A DNA stretch of 62,245 bases, the filler included, from Basidiobolus ranarum (taxonomy: Eukaryota): assembly GCA_040143965.1 (NCBI GenBank). It is 24 parts of 24 records of this genome, joined end to end, with 100 filler letters (N's around TTAATTAATTAA, not from the genome) between each part and the next. Parts side by side here need not be neighbours in the genome. Positions count along the whole stretch, not along the records: positions 46,811 to 49,301 come from JASJQH010010152.1; positions 49,402 to 51,891 come from JASJQH010010153.1; positions 51,992 to 54,481 come from JASJQH010010154.1; positions 54,582 to 57,070 come from JASJQH010010155.1; positions 57,171 to 59,658 come from JASJQH010010156.1; positions 59,759 to 62,245 come from JASJQH010010157.1; 18 more parts are not named here. One strand, given 5' to 3'. The notes beneath the pieces were generated by a model that ran no database searches, was not told the DNA's origin, and was given only the letters and a program-made list of their open reading frames with translations. The stretch's first letter is position 1. The number at the start of each line of letters is the position of its first letter. The position numbers were made by a program, and so were the translations under genes. Of the stretch, positions 47,234 to 60,266 are shown one piece after another.

Positions 47234-49301
47234 TCCTTGCAGAAACTTGAGGATTGTAATTGTAGGAAAACCATCACAATTTTAATCCATTTGGGATAGA
47301 CTGTTTACTTGCCATCATAGAAATGTTAAGTTAGATTTGATTTTAATCAATATTTTCAGTTTCAAGAGTGAAATTTCAAGATCTTGCAAAATAGCTGCAC
47401 ATGATTGGCTATATTGTTGGCAAACTATGGATCAATGCATGTGCAAAAAACATAACTCAAATTTTAGCATTTACCACTTGAATGCTAATTTGTAACCTTT
47501 AAAATTCCTAGTTTCTATGATATTTTCTCCTAAAAATTTTCATAGAGTTCTTCATATCCAGGTTTAGTTCATATCCAATATAAGTTTGTATCAATATCTC
47601 CATCAAAGCACATCATTGTATTAACATTGCTGAATCAATATTCTTCCAGCTATCTAGTGGATACACTGCAATCTTGTGCCACTCTGTATTAAGTTCTTCC
47701 CAGATATCTGCACAGTCAACACCTGACTGAATGTCAAGTTGACTGTTCTTCTTCTGTAGCCACTCTCTGCATACTTGCACTGTGTTTTTCCCTTCATACT
47801 TTTGAAAATGCTCCTCAAGTATTTTACAATTTTCTTACATCCTTGTAGTGTGATGCTACAGAGGGTGCTTTGCAGTGTTTGTGCGGCTTTTTGGCTGCTG
47901 TTAAGTTTATTGCTAATTTCAACACTTTGGAAAGTACTAGTTGAGGATGGAGAGCCATGGGTTCTATTTGCTGGTGTTTGGCTTGTTGAGAGGTGCCAGG
48001 TGTTGGATAAACTTCCAAATTTAGCACTCTTTGAACTTGCGCACCTGTATCCATGGTGAAATTAAGCTTTCTGGCTAGTGTATCTGACTCTTGATATGCA
48101 GATCTTTGTAATGATGTGAAAAATTTGATAAGTGGGACAGTGGAGCCAAAACTTACTGGCTCCTTTGCTTTTCCCTTGGGTTCACTAACTCTCTGCTCCT
48201 TGAGTACTTCTTAAGCTGCTTTTCTTACTTTTCCAATTCAATAGTTGCATATATTTTTGAGATGTTTCATGAATAGTCCAATCCAGTGTGAAAATGGATG
48301 GAGGGAGCAGCATGTTGCTGTAGCTCAAGCACAACATTCTGAAGGTGTTGAATTGTTGTTAACTGACTCAATAACTTTTGAATAGTTGCTTCCAAACAAT
48401 GCATTAATTGCAATATTGTGTCATTATTGCTTGTCATGGCCTGTATAGCAACTTTGTAGTTTTTACTTATGATTGCATACAAATCATTACGGTGTTCTGC
48501 CTGCAATTCCCTTGTTATAATAATTCTATCCAAATCTTCTATGGAGGATTGTTCAATAGTGGGCAAAGTAGCCATTTTGGAAGTTGATGGTCTTGATGGT
48601 GTTTTTGTTGAACCTTGCTCAACTATTGAGTTACTATGTAATTGAGGGATTACAATCTCTTCACTTGCACTATAGCTAGAAAGAATCACATCTGGTAGAT
48701 TGATTAATGCTTCATCATTACTAGAGTTAGTATCCAGCATGTTAATGCCTTCAAAAGTGGATAGTGGATTTCATGACTGCTCATCAATTAAGTCCTCTGT
48801 TGTTGCTGGTTTTTTTTCTTTTGTGCCAGCAGGCTTTGGCTTGGAAACCAATTTTGGCTGAGATCTTGAAAGCTTTTTGAGTGGCATTGAACTTTCCAAA
48901 GGATAAACTTGGCAAAATGAAAATGCTTGGAAACATCTTATAATAAACCATAATTGCCATCCATTACCAGATAGATGTTCTAAATCTCCTGATGACTTAT
49001 CTGTGACACCATCTCAGAATCAGCTGATGATATTGATGGGCTCTACATAAAATACCACCCTTGTGTACAAGGTTTTCTTTTTTCTAAAATATCCTTCTCA
49101 AGCTGCAACTCAACTGTTGACACAAGCCCTGTATTATTGTCACAAATTCATGTGGTATGAACACCAGAGGCTTCATAGAAAAACTAATCACAAGCACTGT
49201 CACTGTACAAAGCCACCAGCTGCGCAAGGCCTGGTAAATATCAACAGTAATAAGTGCACAAAATTAACTTTAGTTTTGCCCACTGAGTCCACTGACTGTA
49301 C
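47234..49301. mobile_element. CACTA element: terminus (47234), ORF2 (-, about 48900 to 47500), transposase start (+, from about 49095)
   Basis: Terminus consensus, ORF2 segments matching 58890-59658 and 12640-12933, and a transposase N-terminus matching 16224 (HQRLHRKTNHKH...KCTKLTLVLPTESTDC). Confidence 0.83.
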
Positions 49302-49401
49302 NNNNNNNNNNNNNNNNNNNNNNNNNNNNNNNNNNNNNNNNNNNNTTAATTAATTAANNNNNNNNNNNNNNNNNNNNNNNNNNNNNNNNNNNNNNNNNNN
49401 N

Positions 49402-49550
49402 ATCTTGAAATTTCACTCCTGAAACTGAAAAAATTGATTAAAATCAAATCTAACTTGACAATTTTATGACGGTAAGTAAACGGTCAATCCCAAATGGATT
49501 AAAATTGTGACAATTTTCCTATGATAACAATCCTCAAATTTCTGTTAGGG
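49402..49550. mobile_element. CACTA terminus abutting a copia integrase
   Basis: The reverse complement starts CCCTAACAGAAATTTGAGGATTGTTATC. Confidence 0.8.
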
Positions 49551-50875
49551 GATATGGTGCAGAGTTAGCCAGACTTCTATGAATACTCCTATTTTTCAGC
49601 TATACAACTGTAGCAACAGATTCCACCCAAAAGTCATGAGCTAACTTTTGTGCATTTAACATAGATATTGCCATTTTTATTGTAGTCCTGTTAGCTCTTT
49701 CAGCAACTCCATTTTGTTGAGGTGAATAGGGGGCAGTAGTTGCTTGCTTAACTCCATGAACTATGCAAAAGTGATTAAATGGTGTTGAAGCATATTGTCC
49801 ACCATTTTCAGTATGTATTTTCTTGATGTTAGATCCAGTTTCAGTCTCTACATAGGTTGTAAAGTTTCTAAAGATAAAGAGAGTTTCCTGTTTTCTTTTT
49901 ATAAAGTAGACCCAAGTGTATCTTGTATATTCATCAATAAATTTGATTAAAGTTCTTGTTTCTGCTTAAAGATAAACTTTATATAGGTCCACACATATCT
50001 GAATGAATTTGATCCAATTCTTTGACATATTTGATTAAACCAGAGCTCTTGAACAGTTGCCTGGGTTGTTTTCCTCATATACCATCCTCACAAATTTCCA
50101 ATTTGGTTGGGGAGGATTAGTTTAAATTCCAGAAATTAGGCAACTTTTGACCATTTTGCTCAAATAATCAAATCAAATAGGGCTAAATCTCTTATGCCAT
50201 AGTTGATTAGTGTTTTGATTTGAATAACTTATATTTACACATAAATCTCTTGGATTATATGTAAGTTTGTATAAGTTCTGATTCCTTTTCTCATGAAGCT
50301 AAATAGTTCCCATTTTGATCCACAATGGTGCATCCTAACTTTGGTTTAAAAAAGTTTTGCATTGTTTTCTTTTCCTGCAATAATGTCCCAAAGACCTTTT
50401 TGGGCAGCAGCATTTTTATTTTAATTTTCCAAACTTGCTAATTGGTTCCATCCAGTTTTTAAGAAGAGACAAAAGTTCCATAAATTTGAGATGTAGACAT
50501 CAGAGAGTGTGAGCTTGAGGTTCATAACTGGTTAAAGTAAATGGAAGCCTGTTGGAAGTGGTTAGGAAAATTAGAGAAATTGGTGGTTTTCACTTATTGA
50601 TTGATTGAGTAGAAAGTTGACATTTAAAGTTTTGTCAAGATGCAAACAAACAAGCATGTAAAATATGTTAAGAAAGATCCTAGGAACATGTGTGCAAAGT
50701 TTGGGCTTCTAGCACAAGTTTGAAAAATCTCTATATCTGAGAACTTCTAAGTTGGTAAAGTATTCTCAGTAAATTCCAATTGAGAATAATGGATAATATC
50801 CCAGTGAACTATAAGACAACTAAATACTAGGCTATATATTACTATACCAGTATTTAGGCAATGCTAATTTCAACA
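49551..50875 (-). mobile_element. Internally deleted copia family B element: 5' LTR (50875-50529), degenerate PBS, gag start, integrase
   Basis: The LTR is followed by GTTATGAACC, then KLDGTN*QVWKIKIKMLL (gag), IHSDMCGPI, TENGGQY and PYSPQQNGVAERANRT. Confidence 0.85.
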
Positions 50876-51891
50876 ACTAAAACTGGTAAATGCAATCCTA
50901 TATCTACACTGAAGGAGATAAACTTTAACTTTACCAAAAATGGCACAAATCTCATGTTCTAGGATTCAAGGAAGAGCCAGGGAATTTTCATATCATACTA
51001 TAGTTGGAAGTTTGATGCATATTATGGCTGAAATAGGCCAGATATTCCATATGCTATGGGTTTTGTGTGCCAATTCCTTCAAAATTATGGATTTGCACAA
51101 ATCATAGCAGTTAAGCAAGTTTTGATATTTGAGAGTTACCAAGGATCTGTGCTTCAAATACATGTATTTGGGATTAAAAATTGATCTGTTGAGATATTTA
51201 GATGTCAATTGGTTATGAGATAAAGAAGACAGAAAATCTACAATAGGATATTTTTTTCTATGCTGTAATGAAGCTATTTCTTAGATTCAAAGAAAAAATC
51301 TATGATAGCTCTTTCAACAATAGATATAGAATACATGGCCACTTGTGAATTAACAAAAGAAGCAACAAGGTTAAGAAAACATCCAACTGAAAGATATAGA
51401 TATTCTACATCATTTTATAAAGAGATTGTAGAGAATATGTTGGAGGATCTTGATGTAATGGGGGTAGGCTTTGTATTTCAGAGGCAACTTTTGATAGTGT
51501 TTTTGTTGGATAAGTAATCTTTATTCAACATCGTAATTAACTTTAGTTATGATACATATATCAGAAACAGAAATGGTAAGCTCTATGGCTGTTCCAGAAG
51601 CTATATGGCTAAGGAGTCTTCTCAAGGAACTAGGATATGATCAAGTTAATCCTACCCCAATATATCAAGATAATATTAGTTGTATCCAAATGCCCAGAAT
51701 CCTGAGCATCACTCAAGGATGAAACATATTGATGTAAGACATCATTTTATATGGGAGAAAGTTCAAGACAAAGAGGTGCACTTTATTTATTGTAATACTG
51801 AAAACATGCTTGCAGATATAATAACAAAACCACTCAAAACTTCAAGCTTTGAGAAGTTAATAGCAGGAATAGGCATTAGTGAATATAAGCA
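50876..51891 (+). mobile_element. Copia RT/RNase H fragments separated by two family C LTR pieces (51438-51503, 51504 to about 51573)
   Basis: IALSTIDIEYMA, EAIWLRSLL and HSRMKHIDVRHHFI...MLADIITKPL. The LTR pieces match the two ends of 57948-58265. Confidence 0.82.
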
Positions 51892-51991
51892 NNNNNNNNN
51901 NNNNNNNNNNNNNNNNNNNNNNNNNNNNNNNNNNNTTAATTAATTAANNNNNNNNNNNNNNNNNNNNNNNNNNNNNNNNNNNNNNNNNNNN

Positions 51992-52312
51992 TGGATGAAA
52001 TGGTTCTGAATGAGAACAACCTTCAAGCAATTCCAACGTTGAGCACTGGTCACCTCCTTGTTCTACAAAATGTGGCGTCATTAATGTGTGGGCAAGGACA
52101 TACCAACTGAGAATAGCTAGGCTTACATCTTGAATCTTGTACTTGTCCATTGCTGGGATATACTCAGCAATCCAAAATGGAACATAACGACCGTAGTAGA
52201 AGAGTTGGTGAGTAATGAATGTGATGGCAGCTAGCACAAACGCATGGTTTCTCCCTTCGAAAAGGGATAGCCACCAAGATTCAAGCATAGAAGGTTGATA
52301 TTCCATGTCCAT
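51992..52312 (-). CDS. ERG25: C-4 methylsterol oxidase, N-terminal part (one intron, 3'-truncated)
   Basis: MLESWWLSLF...TFITHQLFYYGRYVPFWIAEYIPAMDKYKIQD[GTAAGC...TAG]NKEVTSAQRWNCLKVVLIQNHFI matches the ERG25/SC4MOL N-terminus. The His boxes lie beyond the contig end. Confidence 0.78.
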
Positions 52313-53523
52313 TGCGGTTCCGTTGAAGGACCTTTTGAACTGATGTTAGTAATGGGAATGTACACAGCAATTAATAAAAAAGCACCAACATAGTAGGCAG
52401 GGAAGGTGTAATAGAGTTAAGCTTTCGACATCACTCAGCCCATTTATATGAACTACTGGTATGGCCAGGCTGGTCTATGAAAAATAGCGACCTTCCTCTT
52501 ATGGAATTTAGAGAGTGTCTTTGAAATCAAATGATTTAGTGAGATTCATTTGCTCTTTCATGGCAATCTAAAAAACCCAGAAATTGACCATATTGTCGCT
52601 TATGCATCACGGGCCGAAGCGCATCTATATTCCGTTACGTCAAACGGATATCTCGTCCTCGGATTTAGCATACATTGACTATACTCGAGTCCAACGGAAT
52701 GGATGGACTCCTCAAAAGAGTTGAATCCAGTCAGGTTCGGTGTTCTTTCAACAGGTAAACTAGTCCACATCCCAGTTCCTGGATTACCTTGGCAGGCTTG
52801 TATTACCACGGGTACCTCTTTACGAGCATTTGAAATCACTCAGATGGCTTGGTAAGGTCTATGTTAGTGTTCCCATGTTGTGAACACCACATTGGTGGAG
52901 CTAAGTAATCAAGCGGTATACATGCCTACTGTGGTACCAATCGAATTAAGAATACTTGATGCTTTGAAATCGTACTCTAGTAATAACCAAATGTAACATT
53001 GAGTTCAAAATGGTTCATGCAATCAGATGTGCTTCATTTTCATTGACTCAATCCCAATCATACTCGGGATTTGGGAACAGCTGTGCGCCTTGAGTGCTGA
53101 TAAAGCCTGAGTCTAGATGCTCTTGTTTGCATCTCTGCACGTAGAGAATTGAAAATACGAAATGCATATGTTTATATGGAAATTCACTTTTCTTGACCAC
53201 ATAGAAGAGATTGCAAACACATGCAATCACTTCCTCAACTCAAAGTCTGGGAAACTAGACTATCCGGAAGCCACTCCTAACTTTGAGAAAGTGAGGGTAG
53301 AAATCAGTCTATTTGTTAAAAAATAGCTTTAATCATTTGGATAGCAACTGAATATATATAAAGATATCAAAATCATTTTTTACTCGTACAGTCTTATAAG
53401 CAAAATACACGCAATGAACGTGAAGATATACGACAAATCTGACTTTGGCCATTCATTTCGATGATTGAGAAGGTTCATACAAAGCAAGCTATAACGGTAA
53501 CGGTAAATAGATGAAATAGAGGG

Positions 53524-54481
53524 CTAATACTCTTGGATATCTCGCTTGGGAAAGTATGCAGAATACCGTTTGAGCTTTGCTGGATTAATCCCTACGTCTT
53601 CGCTCGTGCTTGCTCTATATAGCTTTTTGGGGGCCATTGATTTGGGTCGCTCGCTTCGAGATCCATCTTTCCAGCTTTCAAACCCATTCCCTTGAGTAGT
53701 GGCTGCTGATACCGCATTAGATTTGGTAGCATGTTTCGAACCTATGTCATCAGGAACTAGGTGTGGGTACAAGCTCTCTGGGAAAAGGACATCCACATAC
53801 TCTATACAGAGACGTACGATACTTCCAACTGTTCCGGCTCCTACTGTACACATCGAAACATCTACCATAGGGTTACCACTACGTACCAAATTGGGGGACC
53901 ACACAACAGCTAGATTATAAGGAGTCATCAAATTTATGGAGCTTTTTGCTGATATATCATTCATTAGTCGGAATATTTGTGCAAGTAAAACAAGTGTTGG
54001 TTTCGAGAAGTTTTGGAAGATGTTGGTTCGGATATACTGAATAGATTCAGTATCATTGGTGCAACTTCTCATATCTCTAATAGTTACGTAGTTCTCAGCT
54101 GAGAAAACTGGAGTAGGTAGTTCACGGAAAAACATCTTTAGCAATACGGCAGCAACGTGAACACCGTACTCTTCCAAATCCAAGCAATTTCCTAAGAGAT
54201 TCTCTGAGGGTTACTAATGAACTTCATTCGTGAGTGGATTGGAAATTTACCTCTATTATAGGTTTCTTTAGCTTCCTTAAGTGCTGAGGAAGAAGGTGAT
54301 CGTCGGAAAATACCTTCCACTTCGATGCCTTCAAGTAGATGTTTGTTAAACTAGTTTATCATGAATTATATTTAAACTGAAATAGAAACCTTGAGTCCTG
54401 ACAAATTCAACGCATTCGTAAAAGAATTGCGCCACCTATGTCGACCTTGAAGAACCCCTCGTCTCCCGAAATTATCTCGCC
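53524..54481 (-). CDS. RhoGAP-domain protein, 5'-truncated, at least two introns
   Basis: Spliced: FFYECVEFVRTQ-GIEVEGIFRRSPSS (arginine finger)...VHVAAVLLKMFFRELP...NLMTPYNLAVVWSPNL. Confidence 0.9.
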
Positions 54482-54581
54482 NNNNNNNNNNNNNNNNNNN
54501 NNNNNNNNNNNNNNNNNNNNNNNNNTTAATTAATTAANNNNNNNNNNNNNNNNNNNNNNNNNNNNNNNNNNNNNNNNNNNN

Positions 54582-55076
54582 CTATGGCTGATTTGGCATA
54601 TGTTGAGGAAGAATGCAGAAGGCTAGGATGTGTCACTGCTAACAAGAGGCTCAGAGGAGGGATACTCACTGAGAGGCAAAATATTTATAATGACATTTTT
54701 TCCCATTTTAGAGCAAGAGTAGAACATAGCTTTGGTTTCCTAAAGAGATATAGCATTGTAGCAGGAAAGCATAGAGGAAAATCATTTTGTGGGCCTCAAT
54801 CAAAGTTAGGCAAAGTAGTCAAAATCTTGATTAATTCTCAATACATAAAGATATCCATTGAGAGCTCTAGACTTAAGACACTATGAATAAAGCTTTCATC
54901 AGCTTTTGAATATGCAATAATGTCTAAAAGTACTTTTCTTAAACATACCACATAAGTAAAATAAACTGTTTCCAAAATGGTAAATACCATTGTGCTGGCT
55001 AGTTCCCATTCATGCCAATTTGTGCTGGCACACTTTTTAGCTGGCCTGATCTGGCTCAATAAAATGGAACAAGTCT
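54582..55076 (+). mobile_element. PHIS-type transposase 3' end and element terminus, abutting a copia integrase
   Basis: MADLAYVEEE...RARVEHSFGFLKRY. The element ends ...GCTCAATAAAATGGAACAAGTCT followed by AT. Confidence 0.87.
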
Positions 55077-57070
55077 ATTATTCATGACAAAAAAATATAA
55101 ACTTGGGTATTCTTTCTCAAATCAAATCTGAAGCCTTGGCTATGTCCAAGCATTAAGAAAGCAATGATAGAAAAAGAATCAGCACAAAAAATAAAGGTAC
55201 TAAGGGGTGATAATGGTGGAGAATCCTGCTCTGAAGACTTTGCTATTTTTTGCTCTAAACATGGAATTAAGCAACAAACTACCATACCTTGTCCTCCACA
55301 GCTAAATGGAGTTGCATAACGTGCTACTAGGACCATGGTGGTGATGGCAAGATCAATGTTACATGATCAAAAGTTAGATTACCAACATTGGGCTGAGTCT
55401 GTCTCCACTGCAGTCTATATCAAAAACAGATGCCCAACAAGAGTGCAACAAAATTCTACTCCATTTGAAGCCCTATATGGATAAAAACAAGTGTGGATCA
55501 TCTCGGGATCTTTGGTTGCACATTGTATTGCCTAATTCCAGCTCAAAAATGCTCTAAATTGGAACCCACAAGCAGAAAATGCATATTTCTTGGTTACTGT
55601 GATGGATCAAAGGCCTACAGACTGTTGTGTTTCAAAATCAGAAGTTAATCAAGTGTAGAGTTGTGATTTTTGATGAAAAAGCAAATTTCTCACCTCAGAT
55701 CACAGTACTTGATCCGGAAAGCACAATCAGCACTATTCAGGAAGTGTCTGACAAAATTCCAGCTGTAACTGAGCCCTGTTCAGCCAAAAATCCAGTTCAA
55801 ATTAGATCAGAGAATGATGCAGGACCCAGAAGATCATCCAGAAGGAGAAATAAGCCAGGAAACTGGTGGAACACTTCCAATAATGATGTATATGCCTATG
55901 CAGCATTCTGTGACATGCCACAGACTATAAATCAAGCTCTGGAGTGTCCAGAATCAAAATTATGGAAAAAAGCAATGTCCAATGAGTTTCTGCACTTCAG
56001 GACAATAAAATATGAGTTTTAAATCCTTTTCCATCAGGGAGAAAGCCAATAGGTTGCAAGTGGGTCTACAAAGTCAAAAACCAAGCTGATGGAACCATCA
56101 AAAGGTACAAAGCAAGATTAGTTGTAAAAGAATAGTCCCAGACTTCAGGAGTTGATTTAAATGAAACTTTTGCTCCAGCAGCTAAGTTTAGCTCCAAAAG
56201 ATAAATCCTGGTGCTCTCAGCCATCCATAACCTTGATCTACATCAAATGGATGTGAAAACAGCCTTTCTGATTGGAAATCTAGAAGCAGAGATCTATATA
56301 GAGCAACTGAATGGATTTGTTGACCCAAAACATCCTGATATGGTCTGTAAACTGCAAAAATTGCTACATGGACTCAAGCAAGCACCCAGGGCATGTTACA
56401 ACAAGATAGATACCTATTTGGAATCACTGGAGTCCCAAAAAGGCATGGCAGATCACAGTATTTACTTCAAAACAACCAGAAACAGGATTCTTATCTTTGC
56501 ACTATATTTGGATCACTTGATCATAGCAACAAATGATCTAGAAGCTTTTAATCAGACAAAAGCAGCTTATCAAACCAATTACAGATGACTGATATAGGGG
56601 CATTCAGTTATATTCTTAGAATCCTAATCAAGAGAGATAAACCCAATCAGAAAATCATTCTGAATCAGTCTAGACACATCCTAGACATCCTATAATGCTT
56701 CAACATGGAGAATAGCAAGCCTGTATCAACCCCAATGGAACCCACTGTGAAATTAATCAAAATTTCATCTGATTTGGCACAAAATGACTCAAATCAAAGC
56801 TAGGAGTTCCCTTATCAATCCATGGTTGGTAGTTTAATGTATACCATGGTTGGAACACATCCAGACATTGCTGTGGTAGTGGGAACTGCCAGCCAATATC
56901 TCAAACATCCAGGATCTGAGCACCAAACTGCAGTAAAACAATTATTCAAGTGTTTGAGAGGAACTATACATCTAGTTCTGGAATACTCTGCCACTCCTGG
57001 TGCACAAAATTTTGAAGGCTACAGTGATGTAGACTGGGGAAGAAATCTTGAAAATAGAAGATCCACAACT
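55077..57070 (+). mobile_element. Degenerate copia family A pol (integrase to RT)
   Basis: LRGDNGGE, PQLNGVA, KCIFLGYC, LHQMDVKTAFL, GLKQAPRA, YSDVDWG. Homologous to 5216-6430. Confidence 0.92.
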
Positions 57071-57947
57071 NNNNNNNNNNNNNNNNNNNNNNNNNNNNNN
57101 NNNNNNNNNNNNNNTTAATTAATTAANNNNNNNNNNNNNNNNNNNNNNNNNNNNNNNNNNNNNNNNNNNNTTCATAAAGCTGCATAGAATTTGCTACTAG
57201 TAAGGTGTAAGTAGCTATTAGAATGGGATATTACGCAACGGGCTCATTGTGGGCATGTCTTTACTGTAAACCTAAAAGGACCAAGATCTATTTTACGGAT
57301 AATCTCTGAGACCGAGATTTTTTACCCCGATTAAATGTTTGAACATTCGACCAATCAATTCTCTCAAAATTTAATAGGCGTGGACAAACTCTGTTAATTA
57401 GGTAGCATACCCAAATTTGGATCGTCTGTAACATACCATTTAGCAAGATAACCAATAATTCATAATTACGGTGCAACCCAAGTATTGTGTCAAAAAGTAA
57501 GTCGCACCTACAGTATCATTTAGAGTTCTGATTTCACCTTTGAAGTATCAAAGAATGCCGCTTAGGCACTGCTGAATTAGGTGCCTAATATGAAGTTAGA
57601 ATAAGGAGCGAATGTAGAGATGCTTTATATGCCGAGTTCATTTGGTAACTTTTTGAATGTTGACAAACAATAAATTGCATCATATATCTCTAGATATATA
57701 CAGTTAGTGTTGAAAATTGGTAGTTAGTGCAAGGTGTCTCACCAATCAGCTACATAGTTTTACCTATCAGTAAAACCATATTTTAGTTCACAGGCCAGTG
57801 AACATTTCAAAAAGACCAAGCCATTTTCTAAATGCTTGCATTCCAATTCAAACACAAGAAGATATATTAAGTATTTATTCATGATTTTGTAAAGTATAGA
57901 CTTCTACTTATAGTAGGATGGAATTACTGCAAAATTTATATGGATAT

Positions 57948-58265
57948 TGTTGGATAATTAATCTTTATTCAACATCTCAGTTTACTTGAGTTATGATATA
58001 TATATCAGAAACAGAAAGCAACAAATTAATAACCCCTATATTCTAAATAAGAATATCTCTATATTTATATAACAAGTATGTCTTATTAACCCCACTTATC
58101 TATTATATCTTATTACATAAACTCCTGGATATCTCAAACAATTGATTTATTTCTCTACTCTATAAGTTATCATATTCTCTTACGAATAAAGTAACCAAAA
58201 AATATTATCATAAGTTGTCTCTAATATACAAAGTCTGCCCCCCATTATGTCAAGATCCTCCAACA
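57948..58265. repeat. Family C solo LTR (318 bp) with near-perfect target-site duplication
   Basis: TGTTGGA...TCCAACA termini, flanked by GATAT and GATAC. Another copy lies at 59759-60056. Confidence 0.87.
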
Positions 58266-58650
58266 GATACTGTACTTGATAAAAAGAAAAATTAGAAGAC
58301 ATTCTTGATTATAAGGTCTCTATATAATCCTTGGTATAATTTCAAATAGTATTGATCAACATTCTATGCTTCAGAATGTGTATAGATAGAATCCTCAAGT
58401 CTAGCAATAAAAATTACCAGTATACCAAATGTTTCTTACTCTTCCCTCTTTTATCAAGTATTAGTGAGCACCTTGTATAAAGTTATAGTAATGAGTTAGC
58501 TTCCTCTATTTTCTAGATATCCTTTATAGATGGTTTTTTTTATGAGCTATGCTTATTTCCCTTTCTAATAAATTGAATTCTGCCTCTTGTGATTGCATAT
58601 TTTTTTGACTTTATCTATCCTTCATCAACTTCTCTGGCAAAATCTGGCAA

Positions 58651-59658
58651 GATGGAACCTGTGGTGTCCAAGAGAGAAATAATAAAACTATTGAACTTCA
58701 CTGAACTAACAAGACCATTAAGTGCAGAATCTCAGAACTGTCTTAAGCAGGAGATATGAACAAATAAAAAATCATCTTGATTTGAGCCAATTGTGGAAAA
58801 ACCAAAAGTCAAGCATTACTCTGAAGGTTCTTGACTTATTTGATGTAGCTTATCCTGGGTTTTTGCAAGTAAATGGCAATTGGGCTAATATAGGCCTATT
58901 CATGAAATATCTCAAAAATGTGGACAATTATTGACTTGAAAAAAAATGAAAGAAAAGCAGCTAAAGAAGTACTCAAGGAGCAGGAATTTAGTAAACCCAA
59001 GGGAAAAGTAGAGGAGCCGGTGAGTTTAGGCTCTGCTATCCCACTTACTGAATTCTCCACACCATTACCAAGATCTGCATTTCCAGAGTCAGATATACTG
59101 GCAAAAAAGCTTAATTTCACCATGGAACTGGGTACACCAGTTGGAAGAGTGCTAAATTTGGAAGTTTATCCAATACCTGGCACCTCTCAACAAGCTAAAA
59201 CACCAGCAAATAAAACTCACAGCTCTCCAACCTCAACTGGTACTTTTCAAAGTGTTGAAAATAGCCCCAAAGGTAAAGGCAAGCAAAAAGCTGCACAAAT
59301 ACTGCAAAGCACCCTCAGTAGTGTCACACTACAAGGATGTACAAAAATAGTCAAAGTGCTTGAGGAGTATTTTCAAAAGTATGAAGGGAAAAATGCAGTG
59401 CAAGTATGCAGAAAGTGGCTTCAGAAGAAGAACATTCAACTTGACATTCAGTCTGGTGTTGACTGTGCAGATATCTGGGAAGAACTTAATACAGAGTGGC
59501 ACAATATTGCAGGGTATCTGCCCAATAGCTGGAAGAATGTTGATTCAGCAATGTTAATACAATGGAGGGCTTTGATGGAGATATTGACACAAACTCATGT
59601 TGGGTATGAGCCAAACCTTGGGTATGAAGAACTCTATAAAAATATTCAGGAGAATATA
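58651..59658 (+). mobile_element. CACTA ORF2 (accessory protein) C-terminal part, frameshifted
   Basis: ...YPGFLQVNGNWANIGLFMKYLKN...CRKWLQKK...GYEELYKNIQENI. Homologous to 47520-48280 (-), where it runs toward the element terminus. Confidence 0.75.
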
Positions 59659-59758
59659 NNNNNNNNNNNNNNNNNNNNNNNNNNNNNNNNNNNNNNNNNN
59701 NNTTAATTAATTAANNNNNNNNNNNNNNNNNNNNNNNNNNNNNNNNNNNNNNNNNNNN

Positions 59759-60266
59759 ATTCAACATCATAGTTAACTTTAGTTATGATACATGTATCAG
59801 AAACCGAAAGCAACATATCTATAGCCCCTATATTCTAAATAGGAATATCTCTATATCTATATAACAAGTGTGTCTTATTACCCCCACTTATTTATTATAT
59901 CTTATTTCACAAACTTCTGAATATCTCAAACAATTGATTTACTTTTCTACTATGTATGTCACCATATACTCTTAAGAATAAACTAACTAAGACACACTAT
60001 CATAAGTTGCCTCTAATACTCAAAGTCTACCCCCATTATGTCAAGATCCTCCAACAGCATCCCCCATACCCCCTGCTTTCTTTTTATACTGGGAGGACTG
60101 CATCCCCCTGACCCCCTCTTTTCATCCTCACCCCAACCCCTAAACTGACAACATTCTAAGTAAATTCCTTATGAGAATATTTGGTAATATCTTAGTTCAA
60201 TATAAGATAACTAAGTACCAAGCTATATAAGACTATATAGGTGTTTAGCCAATGTTAATTTCAACA
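59759..60266. repeat. Partial family C LTR (59759-60056), a C-rich linker, and a partial family B LTR (about 60155-60266)
   Basis: Direct similarity to 57968-58265 and to the family B LTR end AATG(T)TAATTTCAACA. Confidence 0.82.

Noticed and set aside
58266-58650. Possible LINE reverse-transcriptase remnant on the minus strand
   Set aside because: CpG-poor and probably repeat-derived, but too degraded to show a diagnostic motif.
2509-59758. Regularly spaced TTAATTAATTAA palindromes resembling an array
   Set aside because: They are artificial linkers embedded in N runs. ORFs running into X residues and any apparent gene neighbourhoods across them are artefacts.
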